Assembly: GCF_006345805.1 (NCBI RefSeq)
Contig: NC_043006.1
Location: 94,922,001-94,986,000 of the forward strand
Source of the DNA: Octopus sinensis
Lineage: Eukaryota
Length of the DNA stretch: 64,000 nt
Direction: 5' to 3'
Position numbers and translations under genes: made by a program. A model generated the notes under the pieces. The model did not search any database, was not told the origin of the DNA, and saw only the letters and a program-made list of their open reading frames with translations. The first letter of the stretch is position 1. Every line of letters begins with the position of its first letter. Below, one piece after another: positions 27,550 to 39,677 of this stretch.

Positions 27550-28990
27550 CAGTATATCCGGCTGTAGGTGGTTTATCTGGAATTTGTTGGAGATATTCTT
27601 CCAGGAAATTTCTGAAAGTTATGAAATTTTTTTCCTCCTTTTGGAATGATGTTAAAAGGAGCAGGTCCAGTTGAGGAGAAGTAGTTCTGCCTTAGTGTTG
27701 TGATGTGCTGAGAGCACGATTTCTGTAGAGGACGCACGGCACGGGCACCAAGCCTTGGGTGGATCTTAAAAGTGATACTGATATCATTTGAGCAATACTG
27801 TCGGAAAACTTTCCACATCACACAAATAATATAACGCTCACGATGGCGCTAGAGAGAATACAGTTTGAGATTCGCAAGTTGATCCCAGTAATTAAGACCA
27901 GACATGCCATCAATTTCTTTTGTAATTATCTCTGGGTTGTTTCAAGCTTTTTGATATTCTGTCTGGTGTAGGGAGACAATAGCGGACAACAGTTTCCAAG
28001 ATGAGGGCGGGCGAAAGTAGTAAAAGTGAATGATAATGGTTGGAGCATCTTTAGACTGTTATATCCTGATGATCCATGATCACGACCTGCTGGCCATGTC
28101 GACTTTCTTGTTTATGTGGACACTTCAACTTAAGTTATCGTCGACAGTCACACCGAGGTCCCTAGAGGTGTTTGATGCCGTGAGGTGTTCGCCTGAAGGA
28201 AGAATATATCGTTGTTTAAGTGCAGCCTCTTCACCAAAGTGGAATAACTCAAACTTTTTCTCGTTCAGTTGCATGTTATGATTCTGCGGCCTTTCGATGA
28301 CAGCAAGTAGGTCCGATTGAAGATTTGTCCGGTCTCCCATTCTGTCGACAACCTTCAGAAGCTTAGAGTCATCCGCGAAAATGTTTATATTACTGTATTT
28401 AATGGCCCTGATGATGTCATTTATGTAGATAAGGAACAGAAATGGGCCTAACACAGTGCCTTGTGGAACACAACTGTACTTAATCGAACACTATTGATCC
28501 CCACATGATGTGTTCTGTTCACCAGAAAGGATTTAAATCACTTTAGAAGCTTTCCTTGCACTCCAGTATTGGAGAGTTGTTTTAACAAGATGTTATGGTC
28601 AACCTTGTCAAAGGCCTTGCTGTAGTTAAGATATATGACATCTGCATTGGCTTTTATATATCGTCGAAATGATGCATGAGCTTTGTAAGGCAGTCCGTGC
28701 TATTGCGGAAACCATGCTGCTTTGGGAATTAGCAGGTTGTTGCTTTCCAGGAAGTGAGTCACTCTAGATCACACCACTCTCTCAAATAGATGAGATGAGA
28801 AGTAAGGGAGATAGGTCAGAAATTCACTGCCTGTGACTTGCTGTCTTTTTTAAAAACTGGAACGATCGACTGAGAAAGGAATCCATCAGGAGTGTAGCCA
28901 GCGTCTAGTGATTTTCTCCAGAGAATGGCTAAGGGGAGTGCGAGGTGTTTTTGCTGAGATTTTGCTTGAGAACACACTCTTCGCGTGAAG
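27550..28990 (-). mobile_element. CR1/L2-group LINE, 5'-truncated reverse transcriptase pseudogene
   Basis: RPISL, QHGFR, YSKAFDKV, VPQGTVLGPFLFLIYINDI, IFADDSKL, RDLGVTVDDNLS, and C-terminal YFSSTGPAPFNIIPK. Confidence 0.9.
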
Positions 28991-29106
28991 GCGACTTGAC
29001 GTCTATGTTTAGCATATTAGGAATCCACTTTATTGATCATTCCTCTTATTAATTGTAATATATTACACACACAACACACACAAACACACATACATATACA
29101 CACAGA

Positions 29107-29667
29107 ATGCAGGAAGTAAATAGACACCTTTAATTTTCAAAATCGTTTATTTGATATTAATTGGCTGAAGGAGAGGCTTTCTTCTAGCTGCTCGTCCATA
29201 ATACCCACTGTATGCAGATGTGTAACACATTCTTGGGCTCACGTCTAGCTGTTTTACAATATGAGAAGCCTTCGAACGGGGTTCGTTTTCCACAAATCTC
29301 TTCAAATAGATAAGCTTCCTTTCCGAGGGCCCAGTCAGCCGGAACGAGAATCTGCTGATTCTTTATCCTCGGCTTTGAATTGCACTATAATTCTACTAAC
29401 AGGTGCAAGAAGAATTTGAAGATTTTCGGCAATTTTTCGCTGGCTCAGACCAGCCTCAGATTGCCCAACAATACGACCTCTTTGAAAATCTGATAGTTCT
29501 GCTGAATTTTTTTGTGCGTATCATAGTAATTCTTCGAAAATGTTTAATAAAATGGCACCTAGAAGGAAAAAGAGTAATTGCATTGTAAATTCTACATCGC
29601 TGAAAACGTATTGAGACGCTTAAATCAGAAATTTTGAAAATTAAATCTGTCTATTTCTTTCCTGCAT
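29107..29667 (-). mobile_element. Tc1-like non-autonomous deletion derivative
   Basis: About 38-bp TIRs (ATGCAGGAA..AAATAGACA..TTTAATTTTCAAAAT); minus strand reads [27 protein letters not shown]...RSG and YGRAARRKPLL. Confidence 0.85.
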
Positions 29668-29682
29668 GTCTGTGTATATTAT

Positions 29683-29717
<35 letters not shown>

Positions 29718-29720
<3 letters not shown>

Positions 29721-29838
29721 GGCTCGAAACGTTAAAGACTTGTTTTATTTATATTTCCTGAGCGCCATACTAATACAATTGTTCGTTTGTTTTCCACCTG
29801 CCTTCGTCTTTTGTTTATTTTCATAAAGCTTCCCGTTA
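29718..29838 (+). mobile_element. 5'-truncated PLE tail (family B) retaining the 3' half of the HHR
   Basis: GTAGGCTC-GAAA-CG-TT-AAAG, then a tail ending CTTCGTCTTTTGTTTATTTTC; embedded in (TA)n. Confidence 0.65.
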
Positions 29839-29934
29839 TATATATATATATATATGAATAAATAAATGGAGTTTAGCGCAGGTGTAAATCAAATACTTTT
29901 ACTTTCGACACATGTTTCGAAAATTCCACTAATA

Positions 29935-30228
29935 GATGGATAGATTGATAGATAGATAGATAGATTGATATAGGTATATATATTGATATAGATATAGATA
30001 TATATGTATATATATATTTATATATATGTATGTATATATATATATGTATGTATATATATATGTATGTACATATATATATATGTAAATACAAATATATACA
30101 TATATATATATATGTACATACATATATATATACATACATATATATATATACATACATATATATAAATATATATATACATATATATCTATATCTATATCAA
30201 TATATATACCTATATCAATCTATCTATC

Positions 30229-30250
<22 letters not shown>
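29935..30250. repeat. Palindromic microsatellite mosaic
   Basis: ORF-track peptides 29929-30153(-) and 30030-30320(+) are nearly identical, so the two strands carry the same mosaic, centred near 30090. Confidence 0.7.
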
Positions 30251-30292
<42 letters not shown>

Positions 30293-30294
30293 AT

Positions 30295-30544
30295 ATAGAG
30301 AGAAAGAGACTGATAGATAGAAAGATAGATATGGTTCAATCTTACACAGAAAAGAATGACCGGGGCATATCAGAGAACAACAGTCAGGTGTATTAGCTTG
30401 ACACTCGGCATACACACACACACATATATATATGTGGCTGTGTGTATGCCGAGTCTCAATCTAATACACCTGACTGTTGATCTCTGATATGTCCCTGTCA
30501 TTCTTTGGTGTGTAAGATTGAACCATATCTATCTTTCTATCTAT

Positions 30545-30570
<26 letters not shown>
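30295..30570. repeat. Foldback inverted repeat, arms about 130 bp
   Basis: GATATGGTTCAATCTTACAC...AACAGTCAGGTGTATTAG...CTCGGCATACACAC versus its reverse complement at about 30440-30560. Confidence 0.9.
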
Positions 30571-30619
<49 letters not shown>

Positions 30620-30897
30620 ATATATATATACATATACATCCATACACACACACACACACACATACATATATATTATATATATATATATAAATATATATTT
30701 TTATATATATACGTATGTACGTTTGTAAATACAAATATATACATATATACATATATATATATATATATGTACATACATATATATATATATACATATATAT
30801 AAATAAATATATACATAATATATATGTACATATATATCTATATATATATCAATATCTATACCTATATCTATCTATCTATCTATCTATATATATATTA

Positions 30898-31432
30898 TAT
30901 AGAGGGTATTATTACACATAAATGCCGCACGCTCGGACGGACTCTTAAAGTCAAAACTACCAAAAATAAACATATCGTACCGAATGCAAGTCTCGAAGCA
31001 AGTCACGAAGCAAGTCATTCTTATGAAGATTTTATCCTATTCTTAAATTATAAATTTCACCGGAATAATTCAATACTGAATTTTTATTCCGAATAAGCAC
31101 GTAGGTTACCGAAATGCAATTCGAAAAAGTCCGCCATTTACATAGATGTATGAGGGGTGAACAGTTCTATATACTTCGGTGGATACGATGGTTGTTCGTC
31201 TGGTATGTTGATTTTGTTCATTCATTATAAATCTTGAATCACGCTGTCACTGACGAGTAAGCGACGCAGCCACTGCGTTAATTACGAAATCACTGGTGAT
31301 CTGCAGCTAAATTCTGTTTTTAAATGACTTGCTTCGAGACTTGCATTCGGTACGATATGTTTATTTTTGGTAGTTTTGACTTTAAGTGTCCCTCCTAGTC
31401 TGCGGCATTTATGTGTAATAATGCCCTCTATA
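30898..31432 (+). mobile_element. Short element with inverted ends containing a canonical HHR
   Basis: Arms 30898-31019 and 31323-31432 are reverse complements. Confidence 0.8.
31243..31307 (+). ncRNA. Canonical type I hammerhead ribozyme (family D)
   Basis: GCUGUCA-CUGACGA(31250-31256)-GUAA/UUAC stem II with inner ACGCAG/CUGCGU-GAAA(31286-31289)-stem III AUCA(CUGG)UGAU-C31301-UGCAGC. Confidence 0.85.
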
Positions 31433-31560
31433 GAATATAACTATATATTCAAGTGGAAAAAATTTACAGAATTTTTCTCTTATAAGGTTTTTTCACGCTA
31501 AATACTTGATAATTTCTTATGAAGATTTTATCCTATTTTTAAATTATATATATATATATA

Positions 31561-32200
31561 GATCGGAACCGATCTCTGGCCGGATCGGACCGATCTCAAG
31601 ATTAATCAGCCGAAATTTCGAGGATGATCCGGTTCTTGACTGAAGATTAGAGGCTTCGAATGACCCGTCCATTTATGTGTAGTCTATTTGAATGTTTTGC
31701 GTTCCTTTGCCCCTTTTTTCTCTCTCTTCTCACGTGACCCCCGGTCAACTATAGACTTTCGGCTTCTGAGCACCGCCACGACAACATAGATCTTTTCGTT
31801 TGCCGTAAGGTATTATTTTTCAAATACGCCAGCTAAGTTGAACTGTCTAAAGTCAAAAGACGCCTGTTGTATTTGTCCTGTTATTATCATTATTATTATT
31901 ATTATTATTGTTTTTTGTATTTATATTCGTATTACCTTTTGTTTTTTTTATTTATATTCGTGTGGCATCGTCCGTTTTTCTGTCCTTGTTTCGTCTACAT
32001 TCGATCCTTTTTCCAAGAAATCTAATGCTCGTAGCTTAGTTTTTCCTTGGGGCTGGCCGGATCGGAGCGATCTCAAGATTAATCAGCCGAGAATTGCTAG
32101 GATGATCCGGTTCTTGACTGAAGATTAGAGGCTTCGAATAACCCGTCCCTTTTTTGTGTCGTCTATTTGAATGTTTTGCGTTCTTGTCCCATTTTGTAGT
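31561..32200 (+). repeat. Two direct copies (about 130 bp, 477 bp apart) of an interspersed repeat
   Basis: TGGCCGGATCGGA.CGATCTCAAGATTAATCAGCCGA...GATGATCCGGTTCTTGACTGAAGATTAGAGGCTTCGAAT at 31577 and 32054. Confidence 0.85.
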
Positions 32201-33062
32201 TTTATATATATTTTTTATATACACACACACACACACACACATTCTTATACACAACCCTCTTGTTCTTATTCCTATCTCAATGATGTGACGTAACGCATAT
32301 AGTGTTATCGTTCTATACCGAATTAATCTGAACGTGTTTCTTTCTCAAGGTAACTTTATTCCCTATCTCTACCCAATTCATTTACAAACACACACACATA
32401 CACATACATACACACACACAAACACACACACACTCGCAAACGCACGCATGCATCTCTATTTATATATATATATATACATACATATACATACACATATATA
32501 TGTTTATATATATCTATATATAAATATGTATATATATATAAATATATATATATATATAAAACTATATATATACATATATATATATATATATGTGTGTGTG
32601 TGTACATATATATATATATATATACATATATACACAGATGTATATATCTGTATATCTGTGTGTCAGTGTTTGTGTGTCTATGTGTATCCATGTATGTTTA
32701 TGTGTGGTTTCATTCGTATAAATATATACGTATATGCAATCATTTCCTTCTATGCTTACATATAGACATCCATAAATTTACATCCATATTCATGATAGCC
32801 TCGTTACTCTAATAGTTCCTTTGTTATTTGTGCTTCACACGATAAATGTGTTATGCACTTTCTCTCATTTACAATTCTCACGATATATTTAGCTGAATAT
32901 TATTTCATACAAAGACCGATCCATGCGTCCAACGCGTTAATTGCTGTTTCTCTAACGAGCTCTCTACACGTTAACTGTGGTACATTAATTTCCAATACAT
33001 ACATTCGATTATACTCACACACACAAATCTCTCCTTCTCTCTCCCCCTCTCTCTCTTTCTCG

Positions 33063-33093
<31 letters not shown>

Positions 33094-33416
33094 TATATAA
33101 TTCCATAGAAGGATGTAGGTATAAATATAAGCATATATATTATATATCTATATATATATATATATATATATGATTGTGGGTATGTGATGGTAAAAACCAA
33201 TAATCGCACGCCGTTTGTATATAAGATCAGTATGGTCATACACATAGGCTATGCCTATGTTTCTAGAGTATGTATATACGTATAAAGTATTGTCTGTACT
33301 TATGTTACCTTGTATATATATGTATATATATGTAAATATATTATACATATATATATATATATAATATATATACATATATGTATATATACGTAAATATTAT
33401 ATATAATATGTATACC

Positions 33417-33468
<52 letters not shown>

Positions 33469-33720
33469 GAAGAGAGAGAGAGAGAGAGAGAGAGAAGACA
33501 GACAGACAGACAGAGGGGAGGGAGAGAGAGAGACAACAGGTGTCTTCTGGTTGTGGTCTAGCAATTAAGCGACAAGCATTTACATAGTGCCGAGCTGTAG
33601 GAGAGACATGCTCAAAGTGCCACACTGTGAATAGCAATCCCAAATTATGTAGATGGCGAACGAGATTAGAACCACAGAGGCACACCTCCTCCTCTCTCTC
33701 TTTCTCTCTCTCTCTCTATG

Positions 33721-33773
<53 letters not shown>

Positions 33774-34026
33774 CTTTGTCTATCTGTCTGTCTAGATGGA
33801 GCGATGAATAGATGGATGGATAACTAGATATACAAATAGATAAATATACAGATAGATAAATAGGTAGTGCATATTCATACATATGTATATATATACTCTA
33901 TATGCACATACATATATATAGTACACATATACACACATATATATATATACATCAACATATACGTATTCATACATTCATATATATTTATATATGCATGCAT
34001 ACATACATACAGGCAGATAGATAGTC

Positions 34027-34715
34027 AAACTGTGTGGTGTTAACAGCGAAGATATCAACCACATCATAAGCAGTTGTCCGCAAATGTCATTACGGTATCA
34101 TCTACCGATGAGATATAATGTTTAAGGGATAGAGATGCAGGAAAATCCATAAATAGAGAGATACAGGAAAAGCAGTAAAATGTGACAACCGATGCAGACT
34201 TTGTGGAGTTCACACTGGAAATATCACCCACAACATAAGCACTTGTCCGAAAATGTCATCACTGTATTATCTACCGATGAGACATGACGTTGTAGCTAGG
34301 ACATTCTATAATGAAATCGTCGAAAGGATGACCCCGAGGACAAAGAAATAGTTGTGGAAATTAGCTGCTCAGCAGATATTAACATAAAGCTGAAGTTCAG
34401 TGAAAAAGCGAACACTTTTATTGAACTATTGAGAAATCTGCAATTACTCTAACCAGATTAAAAGTTCAGGTTTATACCTGTAATTATTGGGGCTATGGGA
34501 TATGTAACACGCTGCCGAAATACCAATCTTGAGAAATTAGGCTTCTCAAAATCAGAAAGGAGAAAGCTGATTCGGAAGACTATAGATCTAATCTATCACT
34601 GGAACTGTAAAAATCTGTAAAACTTTCCAGAAGTATTTCATTTAAATATATATGTGCATATCCAAATCTGTAACTATATGCATGAAAATACATGTATGAA
34701 GCAAAACATGCAAAT
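34027..34715 (+). mobile_element. R4/Dong-like (restriction-like endonuclease) non-LTR retrotransposon 3' end
   Basis: CRLCGVHTGNITHNISTCPKM...RHDVVA (CCHC knuckle) and IVVEISCSADINI..K..EK...FIPVIIGAMG (RLE C-terminal part); followed by (CATA)n. Confidence 0.8.
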
Positions 34716-34965
34716 CTGCATACATACATACATACATACATAAATACATACATACATACATACTACATACATACATACATAATACATACATACTACATAA
34801 TACATACATACATATATAATATACATATCATACATACATACATATACATACATGAATACATACATCATACATACATACATACATACATACATACATACAT
34901 ACATACATACATAAATACATACATACATACATACATACATACATACATACATACATACATACATA
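34715..34965. repeat. (CATA)n
   Basis: Directly visible. Confidence 0.95.
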
Positions 34966-35768
34966 ATATCCTGCTGTTGATGTTGCAATTCCAATGAAGG
35001 AACCTTGAATTTAGGTTAGAAACCGGCTCTTTCTCTGTTAGTAAGAAATAGTGAAATAAGACTGAACGATGATATACATACGAGAAGCCTGCAAACTTAC
35101 ATCCGAGTATTGCCATTGCCGGATCGAAAGTCGCACGCATACGAAGGCTACGAGAAGCTATTTTGGGGATAAGTCTTACCTTGCGTATTTCTTGCGATGC
35201 CTGTGCATAATGATTTCTTTATAATGGGGAAAGGATTTGCACAAATCCAATCCCATTCTCTGAACCTGAACAACATAAAGTCAACAAGAAGAACCAGTCT
35301 ACATCATTGAATATTGTCAGTGTTGCAGGTTTTCTCTCAGTTTCCCTCTCCAAGAGAAATATTTTGACAACAACGTAGTGGCCAATCTGTGGACCAACTG
35401 CTTCCATGCACACAAACCCAAGTATGTCCACGTCCCCGCGCATACATACATGCATATATATATACATGTACACATATTTTTGGGTGGCCGTTCACTGCTC
35501 ATGAGCTGTTCTGCACTTTGACAATCTTATTTTTCGCTCTGCAGTGTGTCCAAAAGTCACACTCCTCACCAACCAAGGTTTTAATGGTGTTGCCAGTTTA
35601 CTGGCCGACCGTGGAACAGGTTGTACTGGGTTACATGTTGTCAGTAGTGCTCAAGAGTGATCTGACATACATACATACATACATATTTTTGTACATATAT
35701 GTGCACATATATATACACGCAAACACACACACACATATATGTCTATATGTATATATATATATACACAT

Positions 35769-35799
<31 letters not shown>

Positions 35800-35801
35800 T
35801 A

Positions 35802-35858
<57 letters not shown>

Positions 35859-36342
35859 TAGATATATATAGATAGATAGATAGATAGATATAGATAGATA
35901 GATAGATAGGTATAGATGATAGATAGTGCATACATACATTCATACATACATACATACATACATACATACATACATAGAGATATACGTTGTAGTATGTGCT
36001 TCTTCAGTTTATGTCTACCAAAACAGGTTACAAAGCTTTTGTCGGTCCGTGTTTGTAAAAGAACTCACCCACCAACTTTGCCACGCAATAGGACTGAACT
36101 CAGAACCATGCGATTGGGAAAAAATCTTCTTACCGCGCAGTCACACCTGTGCCTATACAATGTATGTATGTATGTATGTATGTATGTATGTATGTATGTA
36201 TGTATGTATGTATGTATGTTAGCTTGTATGTATGCATGTTTGTATGTATACATTTACATTTTCTCAGTTAGCTTTTCAAGTCCATTTCGGGCCCCAACAT
36301 ACCCTAGAATTATCGCAGGAAATGGAAATACTACTACATACA

Positions 36343-36419
<77 letters not shown>

Positions 36420-37868
36420 GATATAAATAAAAGATCAATGATATTAATAGGATATATAAGAAATATCTTTTCTGAACATAGGCAGTGATGGAATACAATG
36501 CTGTTATAAAGACGTTTTTTCATGTCATTTTTCAAAACATAGAAATAAGCAACGTGGCTACGACTGCAATCCGAAGATTTCATCTGGAAGACACACAACA
36601 CATTTCTTTTTTTTTTTTTTTTGCCATATATACACAATATGATCATTAATCACTGCTAAACTAAATATTTCTCTAAAGTAAAATGATTTATGATGTCACG
36701 TGTAAGGTATATATGTTAGTATTTACTAAATTATTGTAAACTGTCTCTTCACAATATATCTGCTGATATTTTCTTTCAGTTTATTTCTATAACTTTAGAG
36801 AGTTGAGATTAAGATCTTTTTATACACCCAACTGTAGCGTTTTATATCGCTGCGCTTACCTTCTCGAAAATCTCAGTATATTTTATATTTTGTACTATCT
36901 TATACAGTCTGATCCCTTGTAACGTACATATATCTGTGTATACAAATATACATGTGGGTAAGTAGACTACATCGACTCCCGAGTATGACTTATACCTACT
37001 TTCATCGACGCCAGAGAATGAAAGGCAAAGTCGAACTTAGCGGAATTTGAACACTGTTCCCTAATGATACGATTAACAAAAAATATATTGTCTGCTGAGA
37101 AATAAACATAATTTGATAAACACAATATGTTTTTTCTTCTTTAAAAGCTACTAACAGTTTCATACAACGGAAATATCAGACAGCATTTTAATCACGTCTA
37201 GTGCCTTCACGCAATCCTCAGGCTATGTACACTCGGTATAACAAGATAATACAGGACGATAGGATGTACGCAAAATAGAAGAAAGGTGAGAAGTTATAAA
37301 AGTTTGAAGATTGAACAACTGGAAAACGAAAACGAAAACAGAAAAAATGTAGAAAGAAATAGGTGGGATTAGATTTATGTCCCTTATGACCGTAAAGTCA
37401 TACGCTAAATGTGTAGTAACCTAGAGACTGCAGTACAGCAGCTCAATCCGGAGAGAGTGATATTTTCTTATTCGCCAATAGAATTTATCCAATGTTCTCC
37501 TTTGGTTATTTCATGTTACTCCGAATGTGCCTAATTTTCTGCTACTTCTGGACTGTTGAACCGACAAAGTTTTTTCTACTGTTCCTGCTTCGTGTACAAA
37601 TCTAGGCAAGCGGAGCTACAAACATCACCGTGATAACAAAGACGAAAAATGCTTAAAATTTTTTTGGAGCTATTTATTTTCTGCTCGTACGTAACAACGT
37701 GCAGGCGTACGTTTGCCATACATTTGTATATACACGCGGTTATTCGTCTTTGTTATCACGATGGTGATTGTAATTCCGCCTGCCTAGATTTCTACACGAA
37801 GCAGCAACAGCTACATATAGCAGAAACAAGTGTAAGGTAAAGACGATGTTGACTTAACTCCTGTTCTT

Positions 37869-38006
37869 TACAGTTCTATATTTAAAAGATGAGAAATAAT
37901 GTCCATTATTTAGATTTGACAGATATTTGTCCACGGACATATGGCGTAGTGCTTAAGAGCGCGGACTACTAACCCCAAGAGTCCGAGTTCGATTCCAAGA
38001 AGTGAT

Positions 38007-38041
<35 letters not shown>

Positions 38042-38215
38042 TGATAATAACATCGAAAAATACGTTAGGAATGAGAACCCAGGTTCGAAATTTCCCCATA
38101 ACACCTGATGAAGGCTGGAGGGTATATAAGCCGAAACGTTGTGTTAACAACAAAGATGGGGGACAAATATCCGTCAAATATAAATAACGTAAATAATGTA
38201 AAAAATGTCCTTTTC
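37869..38215 (+). mobile_element. Chimeric SINE: inverted 3'-end copy + tRNA-derived head + (AAT)n + HHR tail (family A)
   Basis: Inverted tail 37869-37932; A-box TGGCGTAGTGC 37942-37952; B-box AGTTCGATTCC 37986-37996; (AAT)n 38010-38050; HHR 38099-38146; TTTT near 38211. Confidence 0.8.
38099..38146 (+). ncRNA. Minimal type I hammerhead ribozyme (family A)
   Basis: UAACAC-CUGAUGA(38105-38111)-A-GGCU/AGCC-GAAA(38133-38136)-CG-UU-GUGUUA; 6-bp stem I, palindromic ACGU stem III, GUU site at 38138-38140. Confidence 0.8.
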
Positions 38216-38489
38216 TTTACACATTCATTAAAATTTATTCATCTATTTGTCTGTCTGACTATGTGTATGTATATGGGCATCATGTATGCATATACACATA
38301 CACACACAGTTATATCTTCGCTGCTTTCACCTAGACATAAGATCCGAGGGTAAATTCCGATCCATTCCTACGCAAAGCTTCAGGCTGGCCCTTTAAAGAG
38401 ACAAATAATCGTAAATATTAGTGTGCGTACCCAACCCGTTATTTCATTTGTTTTTCTGTTCCTCTAGGAGCAAAGTGAAAAGTATATTA

Positions 38490-38882
38490 CTCTTACTCTT
38501 TTACTCTTTTACTTGTTTCAGTCATTTGACTGCGGCCATGCTGGAGCACCGCCTTTAGTCGAGCAAATCGACGCCGGGACTTATTCTTTGTAAGCCCAGT
38601 ACTTATTCTATCGGTCTCTTTGCAAACGCTAAGTAATGGGGACGTAAACACACCAGCATCGGGTGTCAAGCATGCTAGGGGGACAAACACAGACACACAA
38701 AACACACACACACATATATATATACGACAGGCTTCTTTCAGTTCCGTCTACCAAATCCACTCACAAGGCATTGGTCGGCCCGGGGCTATAGCAGAAGACG
38801 CTTGCCCAAGATGCCACGCAGTGGGACTGAACCCGGAACCATGTGGTTGATTAGCAAGCTACTTACCACACAGCCACTCCTG
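38490..38882 (-). mobile_element. Near full-length tRNA-derived SINE with CORE-like block
   Basis: Minus-strand head AGGAGTGGCTGTGTGGTAAG...GGGTTCAGTCCC, then CTTGGGCAAG block, internal (CA/TA)n, and tail TGCTCCAGCATGGCCGCAGTC...(GAGTAAAA)n. Confidence 0.9.
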
Positions 38883-39388
38883 CTAAGATAAATTTCATTT
38901 TATTGTGTATAACAGGTAAATGTTAGGTATATTTCTATATTCTGTGTGTTTGTGCGAGTGTATATAAATACATACAAACACATACATATATATGTGTGTG
39001 TGTACATATATACATATTTATATATATTTGTATATATATACATACATACACACACACACACACATATATACATAAACGCACACACACATAAAGAGATAGA
39101 GATAAATATTGATGTATATATAGATATGTTTCAGTGTCTATATATGTATTTATATATAAATGTAGATACGTTTATTTATGTACTTATCAATCTATCTAAC
39201 ACTCGATTTGCTTGACTAAAGGCGGTGCTCCAGCATGGCCATAGTTAAATGATTGAAACATTTAAAAGAATAAAAGAATAGAAGAATATACAAACACTCG
39301 TGCGGATTTATACGCCAGTGTGTGTGTATATATATGTATATACACATATATTATATATATATATGTGCGGTATCTTACAACTTCACTT

Positions 39389-39458
<70 letters not shown>

Positions 39459-39632
39459 GATATATATTTGTTGTGCAAGATTTTTTATGTGATGTCGTGT
39501 GTTGAAACGGACATTGTTGTATTTCGGAATGGTCATTTTGCCAATTTAGCCAATAAAAGCACACGCACTATGTATTTGGTGTTACGTTGCTTCAGTGTTA
39601 TTTATTTTTTACATTAATCTTAATCTTATTTC

Positions 39633-39677
39633 GGCCAGAGTTCTTTCGTCACACTCCTGTGACCGCATCAGTGGTCC
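39633..39677 (-). ncRNA. Hammerhead-like motif, CUGAUGC core variant (family E)
   Basis: GGACCA-CUGAUGCG-GUCACA(GGAG)UGUGAC-GAAA-G(AA)C-UC-UGGCC; identical copy at 41035-41079(+). Confidence 0.5.

Noticed and set aside
31635-31675. CTGAAGA...GAAT as a hammerhead (also at 32117)
   Set aside because: No stem II; GAAG pairs with CTTC across the supposed core, and GAAA is absent.
34987-35033. CCAATGA-AGG-AACCT/AGGTT-A-GAAACCGGCTC HHR-like string
   Set aside because: Core, cleavage triplet and stem I are all defective; it would need a family consensus to rescue.
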